From NCBI GenBank assembly GCA_045652765.1, contig JAZOLG010000020.1, forward strand, positions 4,889 to 68,888: 64,000 nucleotides of DNA. The letters run 5' to 3'. Below are positions 57,016 through 64,000 of the stretch, one piece after another; positions within the stretch are counted from its first letter, which is position 1; each line of letters begins with the position of its first letter. The stretch is from Bacilli bacterium (GTDB lineage: Bacteria; Bacillota_I; Bacilli_A; ML615J-28; CAG-313). The notes under the pieces were generated by a model, which saw nothing but the letters and a program-made list of their open reading frames with translations, was not told where the DNA came from and did no database searches. A program made the translations under genes and the position numbers.

Positions 57016-57861
57016 TTAATCATTTAATGTAATTAAATAATCTTCAATAGTAATTAGTTTTAATTTATATAAGTGTCCAACAGCTCTTTTAAAAGCACTT
57101 TTACTAATATGTAGTTTTTTATAGATTTCTTCTGGTGTAGAAAGATTACCAAGTGGTAAACTTCCTCCCATATTTCTTAAGTAGTTTAAAATAACTTCAC
57201 TATCACTAAGTCTGGCTTTTTCTTTGTTTGCGCCTGTTGAACCATATAATAAGTTACCTTTAATGCTTATAATATGAAAGTCAATAATTTGACCTACTTT
57301 ATATGATTCTCTTAAAAGATTCTTATTAATAAAACAAACTTTAAAATCACTTGTACAAACTTGAATGCCATTTTGATTAACAGAGACTACAGTACCGGTT
57401 AATTTATCTTTAACATTTGGTAGTTCTTTATTAAAATGATCTTCAGTAGAAAGTGGTTTAGCTACTAACTGATTTGTTTTAACTTTAATGATACAAGGCA
57501 ATTCATCATCCACATTTGGCCATAAACCTTTATTATCTGGTAAGAAATCTTTTGATACCAAAATGTCTTTCGCAATCCCGATATTAACAAAAACACCGGC
57601 ATCACATATATCTACAACTTTTACAAAACCAGGTTTTGTTGATGTAATAAATGGTTTTTCTAAGGTTGCACAAAGACGCTTCTTTTGATCGAAATAAAGG
57701 AATGCTTTAACTTTATCACCAATTTTTAATTTTCTAGGTGTTTGATTAAAATGTAAGAATACAGTATCAATACCATTACTTAATGTATAACTAATATCTG
57801 TTTCTTTAATTACTTGTAAATTGTTAATATTTCCATATATTAAGTTCATATATATCACCAA
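57016..57861 (-). CDS. cvfB: CvfB/YitL-family S1-domain RNA-binding protein
   Basis: 281 aa with repeated S1-like beta-barrel segments and a C-terminal winged-helix-like region (LSTPEEIYKKLHISKSAFKRAVGHLYK). A terminator hairpin (aaagcaacccatt...aatgggttgcttt) lies just downstream, at 56986-57013. Confidence 0.55.
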   Translation of the reverse strand: MVIYMNLIYGNINNLQVIKETDISYTLSNGIDTVFLHFNQTPRKLKIGDKVKAFLYFDQKKRLCATLEKPFITSTKPGFVKVVDICDAGVFVNIGIAKDILVSKDFLPDNKGLWPNVDDELPCIIKVKTNQLVAKPLSTEDHFNKELPNVKDKLTGTVVSVNQNGIQVCTSDFKVCFINKNLLRESYKVGQIIDFHIISIKGNLLYGSTGANKEKARLSDSEVILNYLRNMGGSLPLGNLSTPEEIYKKLHISKSAFKRAVGHLYKLKLITIEDYLITLND

Positions 57862-57951
57862 AATTATTATATCAAAAAAGCAAATATTTTTCTATTAAAT
57901 AACAAATAAGTTTATAAATGTGTTATAATAGCTTAAATTATGGAGGTAAGT

Positions 57952-59691
57952 ATGAAAAAAATATTATCAATTTTGTTTACATTAATCTTTATATTTTGTT
58001 TAGTATCTTGTGATTCTCCAAGTGATGATTTGGATGATAAAGAAACTAAAAAGACTTATGTTGTACAGTTTGTTGATCCTGATGGATTAGTTTTAGGAAC
58101 TAAAAAGGTCGAAGAAGGAGATATAGTTGATGAACCAGATTTTGATTTATCGGACTATAATGTAATCGCTTGGCTTAATGATGGAAAAGAATGGGATTTT
58201 CATATTGATAAAGTATATTCAGATATTACTTTAAAATTACATGCTACAAAACATGAACATATATATGTAAATGGAAAATGTGAATGTGGTAAAGTAGAAT
58301 TAATCAACGGACTTCCTGTTTATTCTGAAGATGAATTAAATAATTTAACAGCTAATATTTCTTTTTGGCACGTATTTGGTTCAAAAGGTCAAGAAGTGCT
58401 TGTTGAAATTATAAAAGAGTTTAACAAAATATATCCTAACATTCAAGTAACTCATGAATCAAAAGGAAGTTACGAGAAATTACAATATAATATTGCTAAA
58501 TTCTATAATACAAATCAACTACCAACGATTGCACAAGCAACATCTGAAGATATTTCATTTTATCTTGAATTAAATCGTTCTAAACCTACTTTAGGTTTAA
58601 CGTCTATGAATAATTTTATTTCTCATCCATTGTATGGATTATCAGATTCTCAAATGCAAGATTTCGAAATTAATTATTTAGAACAATGCAAAATGTTTGA
58701 TTCTTCTAAAACATATTATTCTTTACCATTTACTAGACAAACAGAAGTTTTATATTTTAATGCTTCATGGTTTGAAGAAAAAGGTTTACTAGAAAAATAC
58801 AATTTAGGCACTATAGATTATGTCGATGGTACTATGACATTTATTCCAAAGGAGAATGCATCATTAACTTGGGATGAAATTGAAGAAATTGGTAAGTTAT
58901 TTATAGAACAACCGGAATATAAAAATTTATCATCATCTGAGAAAAATTTGAACTTTGCTTTTTCATATGACGAAGAAGATAATTTATTTATTAATCTAAC
59001 TAAACAATGGGGCGGCGAATATATTAGTCCAAATGAAAGTCATTTTAATGAAATACTATTTAACAATGCTCAATCTAAATCTATGCTAGAATGGTATAAA
59101 AAAGGATATAATAATGGTTATTTTGTAACTGGTTCTGCTTGGGGTGATCATGATGGAAATTCATCAGAAGGATTTATTAACGGTCAAATTAAGATGGTTG
59201 TTGGTTCATCAGGATCGGCAAGATATAAAAATCCTGAAAATAAATTTGTAGTTGGTGTTCTTCCATATCCACAAAAGGATGTTGAAAATAAAGCTGTTAT
59301 ATCTAGTGGTAGTGATTTAATTATTTTTAACACAAAAGAAGCTGATGAACAATTGGCAGGTTGGTTATTTATTAAATTTTTAACTACATGGCAAAATGGA
59401 CTTGACATAGAAAAACAACCAACATATATGTTAACTAAAGAAAATTATACTTTGCCGATTATTTCTAGTGTTAAAAATTCATTAGAATATAATCAATTTT
59501 TAGTTGAGAACAATTATTTAGGGTTAGTACAAAAAGTTGCGGCTAAACAACTAGAATATTCTTATACTGTACCTGTTATCCCACTTTCATCACGTTGTAG
59601 AGAGGCTGTTGAAAACCTTGTGGAGTCCGTATTATATGCAGGTGCTTTATTAGAAAACGCATATAGAGACGCACTAGACGAACTACAATAA
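57952..59691 (+). CDS. Orphan extracellular solute-binding lipoprotein (family-1-like) with extra N-terminal domain
   Basis: Start at the ATG at 57952 (MKKILSILFTLIFIFCLVSC lipobox), with GGAGGT upstream. An N-terminal domain of about 130 aa is followed by a sugar-type SBP-like region. No permease or ATPase genes are adjacent. Confidence 0.5.
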   Translation: MKKILSILFTLIFIFCLVSCDSPSDDLDDKETKKTYVVQFVDPDGLVLGTKKVEEGDIVDEPDFDLSDYNVIAWLNDGKEWDFHIDKVYSDITLKLHATKHEHIYVNGKCECGKVELINGLPVYSEDELNNLTANISFWHVFGSKGQEVLVEIIKEFNKIYPNIQVTHESKGSYEKLQYNIAKFYNTNQLPTIAQATSEDISFYLELNRSKPTLGLTSMNNFISHPLYGLSDSQMQDFEINYLEQCKMFDSSKTYYSLPFTRQTEVLYFNASWFEEKGLLEKYNLGTIDYVDGTMTFIPKENASLTWDEIEEIGKLFIEQPEYKNLSSSEKNLNFAFSYDEEDNLFINLTKQWGGEYISPNESHFNEILFNNAQSKSMLEWYKKGYNNGYFVTGSAWGDHDGNSSEGFINGQIKMVVGSSGSARYKNPENKFVVGVLPYPQKDVENKAVISSGSDLIIFNTKEADEQLAGWLFIKFLTTWQNGLDIEKQPTYMLTKENYTLPIISSVKNSLEYNQFLVENNYLGLVQKVAAKQLEYSYTVPVIPLSSRCREAVENLVESVLYAGALLENAYRDALDELQ

Positions 59692-59707
59692 AATATAATT
59701 AAATTAC

Positions 59708-59736
59708 TTGATAAAAAACATAAAATATGTTATAAT
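59708..59736 (+). promoter_or_regulatory. Consensus sigma-A promoter of rplS
   Basis: TTGATA at 59708-59713, a 17-nt spacer, then TATAAT at 59731-59736. Confidence 0.7.
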
Positions 59737-59834
59737 AAATAAGCTGCGTAAAGCGTAGTGATATTCCGCTACTATTGTTATGATAGGAATGAATATAAGT
59801 TTGAAAAATTTCAAATGAGAAAAGGAGTGTTAAT

Positions 59835-60182
59835 ATGAGTCAAGCATTAATTGATGCAGTAACTAAAGGTTACTTAAGATCAGACATCCCAGCATTTAGA
59901 GCTGGTGATAATGTTAAAGTTCATGTTAGAATTAAAGAAGGAGATCGCGAAAGAATCCAAGTATTCGAAGGATTAGTTATCGCTCGCCGTGGTGGTGGAA
60001 TTAGCGAAACTTATACTGTACGTAAGATTTCTTCAGGTGTTGGTGTAGAAAGAACTTTCCCAGTTCATACTCCAATGGTTGCAAAAATCGAAGTATTACG
60101 TCATGGTAAAGTACGTCGTGCTAAATTACATTACATCAGAACTTTATCTGCAAGAGCTGCAAGAATTAAAGAACGTCGATAA
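59835..60182 (+). CDS. rplS: 50S ribosomal protein L19
   Basis: 115 aa with conserved L19 blocks. A terminator at 60186-60209 follows (aataccc-gcat-gggtatt plus T8). Confidence 0.95.
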   Translation: MSQALIDAVTKGYLRSDIPAFRAGDNVKVHVRIKEGDRERIQVFEGLVIARRGGGISETYTVRKISSGVGVERTFPVHTPMVAKIEVLRHGKVRRAKLHYIRTLSARAARIKERR

Positions 60183-60223
60183 AAGAATACCCGCATGGGT
60201 ATTTTTTTTATTTAGCATAAATG

Positions 60224-60252
60224 TTGCGCGCGCAATAAAAAAGTTGTATAAT
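60224..60252 (+). promoter_or_regulatory. Promoter of the second ABC exporter pair, with a GC palindrome at -35
   Basis: TTGCGC at 60224-60229, a 17-nt spacer, then TATAAT at 60247-60252. The -35 element is half of the perfect palindrome TTGCGCGCGCAA at 60224-60235. Confidence 0.55.
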
Positions 60253-60270
60253 ATTGTCTATATATAGGAG

Positions 60271-62016
60271 GTGTTAGTTATGGGCCGTTTTAAATCCATT
60301 AAATGGTTTCTAAAGAAAAGCTGGTATAAATATGTAATCGCAATAATTCTTACTATTTTATCAGTAGTATTAGATGTAGTAAAACCAAAACTTGTTGGTC
60401 AAGTTATAGACTTAATTGGCTTATCGGAAATTACTTTTGTTAATTTTAAGACATTGATGATTATTATTGCAATTGTATTTATAAGTCGTTTCGTTGTAAG
60501 TATATTTAAAAGAATTATTTCAGGACATTTATTTCATTCAATCTACTATGAATTAAAGATTAGATTTATGAATAAAGTTCTTATCCAAGATTCAACTTTT
60601 TTTACAAAACACCATTCAGGAGATTTAATGAATCGCGCAACTGCCGATACATTCCAAATGGCAAATAATAGTACACAATTTATACTAAGTATTTTTGAAG
60701 TAATCTTAATGATTGGTATTTCTGCAGTAATGATGTTTACCATTCACCCATTGCTTTCAATATATTCAATTATACCTCTTCCATTTATCTTTTTAGTAGT
60801 TTACAAAATCAGACCATATATATCTAAAAACTGGCGTTTAGTTCGAAAAAAGAATAGTGAATTATCTGATATTACAATGGAAAGTGTTCAACATGTGAAA
60901 TTAATTAGATCTTTTGTTAATGAAGAAAAAGATTATAATAGATTAGATAAAGTTGCGAAAGAATGTTATGACATTGAAAAGAAAGCAGTTTATCTAAGAT
61001 CTGTATTTGGTCCAACATTTAGATTATGTACAATCATCAGCCAGATGGTTGCATTCATTTTTGGTTCATTTTGTGTAATGAATCAAGAAATAACTGTTGG
61101 TGAATTAATAACATTTAACTTATATTTAGCACAATTCTCAAATCCAATGATTCAACTTGGAAACCAAATGGCAACGTTTGTTCAAAGTAAGGTTGCGTTT
61201 GATAGAATCAATGAAATAATGGATTCATTGCCTGATGTACAAGATAGAAAGAATGCTAAAGAAATTAACACATTTGAAAGTATTAAATTTAATAATTTTA
61301 CATTTAGATATCCAGAAACTGATATTGATATTTTAAATAACTTTAATTTAACAATTAATAAGGGTGAAACTATTGGTATAGTTGGTAAAACTGGATGTGG
61401 TAAAACTACTTTAATTAAACAGTTTTTAAGACAATACCCAGTTAGTGATAATTTAACAATTGATAATAAATCAATTAATGATATATCTAAAGCTAGTATT
61501 AGAAGTTTAGTATGTTACGTTCCACAAGAACATGCGTTATTCTCAAGAACAATTGAACAAAACCTAGAAATTGGTAAAAGTAAAAATACAACACTTTCTT
61601 TACAAGAAGCAGTATTGATGGCAGATTTTAAAAAAGATTTAGATTTTTTACCAGATGGTCTTAATACAATTGTTGGTGAATACGGTGTTACTTTATCTGG
61701 TGGTCAAAAACAAAGGTTGTCTATCGCAAGAGCTTTATATAAAGATTCAGAAATTTTAATTTTAGATGATTCATTAAGTGCTGTTGATGGAACAACAGAA
61801 TCAAACATTATCGCAAACTTAAAGAAAATTAGAAGTAATAAAACAAACTTAATTGTCGCACATAGACTTAGTGCTGTAGAGCATGCTGATAAAATAATTG
61901 TTATTGACAATGGTAGTGTCAAAGAAATTGGAACACACCAAGAACTTATGGCAAATAAAGGGTGGTATTTTGAACAATACCAAAAACAATTAATGGGAGG
62001 TGAAGGTAATGAGTAA
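60271..62016 (+). CDS. ABC exporter fused permease/ATPase, subunit 1 of a second heterodimeric pair
   Basis: 581 aa with Walker A GKTGCGKTT, signature LSGGQKQR and Walker B ILILDD. Confidence 0.9.
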   Translation: MLVMGRFKSIKWFLKKSWYKYVIAIILTILSVVLDVVKPKLVGQVIDLIGLSEITFVNFKTLMIIIAIVFISRFVVSIFKRIISGHLFHSIYYELKIRFMNKVLIQDSTFFTKHHSGDLMNRATADTFQMANNSTQFILSIFEVILMIGISAVMMFTIHPLLSIYSIIPLPFIFLVVYKIRPYISKNWRLVRKKNSELSDITMESVQHVKLIRSFVNEEKDYNRLDKVAKECYDIEKKAVYLRSVFGPTFRLCTIISQMVAFIFGSFCVMNQEITVGELITFNLYLAQFSNPMIQLGNQMATFVQSKVAFDRINEIMDSLPDVQDRKNAKEINTFESIKFNNFTFRYPETDIDILNNFNLTINKGETIGIVGKTGCGKTTLIKQFLRQYPVSDNLTIDNKSINDISKASIRSLVCYVPQEHALFSRTIEQNLEIGKSKNTTLSLQEAVLMADFKKDLDFLPDGLNTIVGEYGVTLSGGQKQRLSIARALYKDSEILILDDSLSAVDGTTESNIIANLKKIRSNKTNLIVAHRLSAVEHADKIIVIDNGSVKEIGTHQELMANKGWYFEQYQKQLMGGEGNE

Positions 62017-64000
62017 GAATGATCGTTATCAAAATTATCCACCAGAAGTTGTTTTAAAACGCGTTGTGAAATACGCATGGAAGAGTAGAGTATTAATTGG
62101 TCTTTCTCTTCTATTCTTAACTGTTTTTACGGTTTTAGAACTTTTCCAACCTAAACTAGTTAGTAAATTACTTGATGATTATTTATTAAGTGTTCAAACA
62201 ACTTGGGAAAAAGCTGGAAGTGAAGTTTTATTTGAAAATGAATATTATCAAAAGAAAACCGAAAATAGCGATCCAAGCAAACTTTATACAATTGTATATT
62301 ATGATTCAAAATATATATTAGTAGATGGTGAAATTCAAAAAGATAATATTGATAGTCTTGAATTAACGGATACTGAAAATAGAGTTGTTATAAATATGGA
62401 TAGCTTAAAAACAAATGGTCGAATTTTAAACAAAGATGAACTTAGATGTTTCTTTAGTCCAGTAATACCATTAATTATAAAAGTAATCATAATTTACGCA
62501 ATTCTAACTGTGTTAATTACGATATTAAGATTTTTCCAAAATATCTTCTTTGAAAATGCATCTATGAGATTAACATTAGATATGCGAAGAAGTGCATTTG
62601 ATAAACTTAATCGTCTTCCGATGAATTACTTTGTTCAAGAACCTAGTGGTAAAGTTGTTACAAAGATTATATCTGATTCAGAAGGTGTACGTGGTTTATA
62701 CTCTGTTATATTCCAAATTATTGCGGCGGTTATATCGCTTGTAATGGTATTAATAGCACTATTTATGGCAGAATGGAAACTTGCATTAATTTGTATTTGT
62801 GTTGCACCAATTATATTGATTTGGATGACAGTATATCGAAAAGTCAATAATAAATATAATCACAAGATTAGAGAAATGAATTCTATTATTAATGCTAATA
62901 TGGCACAATATGTTGGTGGGATGGAAATTATACAACAATTTGAAAAAGAAGAACAAATGCATGACGAATATGATGACCTTCTTAAAACAAATTATAGAAA
63001 TAAAATGAATTCGTTAAAAATTAATTCAGTATTTGGTTCAGAATTACTAGGCTTAATTAGAAATGGTTTAACTGCTTTAGTTATTTTCTATTTTGGTAGA
63101 AACATCTTAACAGGTAGTGCCGCCATTAGTGCTGGTTTGTTGTATTTATATGTTACATATATTGAAAGAATTGTTGATCCGATTATGATGATTTTCTTCA
63201 ACCTAAATGCTTTAGAAGATTCATTTGTTGCATCGGCTAGAATATTTGATTTATTAGATCAACCAGAAGATTTATATTTAGGATTTAATGAAAAACCTAA
63301 TTTTTCAGGGGATATAGAATTTAAAAATATAACATTTAGTTATGATGGTGAAAATCCTGTACTAAAAAATATTTCGTTTAATGTTAAAAGCGGAGATTTC
63401 ATTGGACTTGCAGGACATACAGGTTCTGGAAAAACAACGATTATGACATTGCTTCAAAGATTTTATGATTTACAAGTTGGTCAAATTATAATTGATGGTG
63501 TCGATTTTATGGAATACACTAAACAAGAAGTTAGAAGTAATATTGGTTATGTAATTCAGGAACCTGCAATTTTCTCAGGAACTATTAAATCTAATATTAC
63601 AATGAATGAAGAATTTAGTGATGAAGAAGTAGAAAAAGTATTGATGATGATAGGTGCAGAAAAGTTTGTTAATGGATTTACTAAAGGAATTCATACTGAA
63701 CTTGATCACTTAGGTTCAAATCTTTCAACGGGTGAAAAACAATTATTATCATTTGCGAGAATTTTGCTTCGTGATCCTAAGATCATTATTCTTGATGAAG
63801 CAACAGCTAATATAGATACGCAAACAGAATCAATTATTCAAAAAGCTTTAGCGGTACTTGCGAAAGGAAGAACAACATTTGTGGTTGCTCACCGTTTATC
63901 AACAATTCAACATGCAGACCAAATATATGTATTGAATGCTGGTGAAATTGCAGAACATGGAACACATGATGAACTATATAACGCCAATGGATACTATAGA
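62009..64000 (+). CDS. ABC exporter fused permease/ATPase, subunit 2 (3' end beyond the window)
   Basis: The ATG at 62009 overlaps the upstream stop (ATGAGTAA). About 110 aa of extra extracytoplasmic sequence sit between TM1 and TM2. The NBD has GHTGSGKTT, LSTGEKQL and IILDEATANID. The reading frame is still open at the window end. Confidence 0.85.
   Translation, partial: MSKNDRYQNYPPEVVLKRVVKYAWKSRVLIGLSLLFLTVFTVLELFQPKLVSKLLDDYLLSVQTTWEKAGSEVLFENEYYQKKTENSDPSKLYTIVYYDSKYILVDGEIQKDNIDSLELTDTENRVVINMDSLKTNGRILNKDELRCFFSPVIPLIIKVIIIYAILTVLITILRFFQNIFFENASMRLTLDMRRSAFDKLNRLPMNYFVQEPSGKVVTKIISDSEGVRGLYSVIFQIIAAVISLVMVLIALFMAEWKLALICICVAPIILIWMTVYRKVNNKYNHKIREMNSIINANMAQYVGGMEIIQQFEKEEQMHDEYDDLLKTNYRNKMNSLKINSVFGSELLGLIRNGLTALVIFYFGRNILTGSAAISAGLLYLYVTYIERIVDPIMMIFFNLNALEDSFVASARIFDLLDQPEDLYLGFNEKPNFSGDIEFKNITFSYDGENPVLKNISFNVKSGDFIGLAGHTGSGKTTIMTLLQRFYDLQVGQIIIDGVDFMEYTKQEVRSNIGYVIQEPAIFSGTIKSNITMNEEFSDEEVEKVLMMIGAEKFVNGFTKGIHTELDHLGSNLSTGEKQLLSFARILLRDPKIIILDEATANIDTQTESIIQKALAVLAKGRTTFVVAHRLSTIQHADQIYVLNAGEIAEHGTHDELYNANGYYR

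Overview
This is a low-GC (roughly 30% G+C), gene-dense chromosomal segment from an endospore-forming Bacillota (Firmicutes) lineage. Nearly every intergenic gap carries a near-consensus TTGACA-17-TATAAT promoter and/or a clean intrinsic terminator, so most transcription-unit boundaries can be read directly.

**Housekeeping content, in order:**
- Glycolysis genes pgk and tpiA, a divergent 6-phosphofructokinase gene, and rpsD with a long leader.
- An oxygen/NO detoxification cluster: a multidomain flavodiiron protein, a rubredoxin (missing from the ORF track) and a desulfoferrodoxin-type superoxide reductase.
- A solitary tRNA-Gly(GCC).
- A candidate preQ1-I riboswitch controlling a queT–DUF3592-like operon.
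- Two separate heterodimeric ABC exporter pairs.
- pckA followed by an Na+-pump-type oxaloacetate decarboxylase operon (split alpha subunit, OadG fused to a lipoprotein domain, separate BCCP, OadB) and birA.
- znuABC, iscS-thiI, the complete rimP-nusA-ylxR-ylxQ-infB-rbfA operon, an ECF sigma/anti-sigma pair, uvrC, rnj and def.
- The rpsP-KH ... rimM-trmD ... rplS ribosomal cluster, interrupted twice by accessory genes.

**Sporulation genes** are scattered through the window: an alpha/beta-type SASP right after thiI (as for B. subtilis sspB), gerE with a sigma-K-type promoter, a kapD-like exonuclease, a ylbD/ylbE-like pair, and an unannotated 45-aa YjcZ-family gene.

**Most unusual loci:**
1. 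An arsR-cadA metal-efflux cassette sits between the rpsP-KH and rimM-trmD genes, behind a 415-nt non-coding gap with two terminators and a 26-codon ORF. cadA overlaps rimM (ATGAGTAA), which would place the essential rimM-trmD genes under a metal-regulated operon.
2. A PD-(D/E)xK-like hypothetical gene overlaps a TSCPD-domain gene, divergent from iscS.
3. An HxxxDG acyltransferase-like gene is paired with a zinc-ribbon polytopic membrane protein.
4. A perfect GC palindrome forms the -35 element of one ABC exporter promoter.

No CRISPR arrays, IS elements or rRNA genes were seen.
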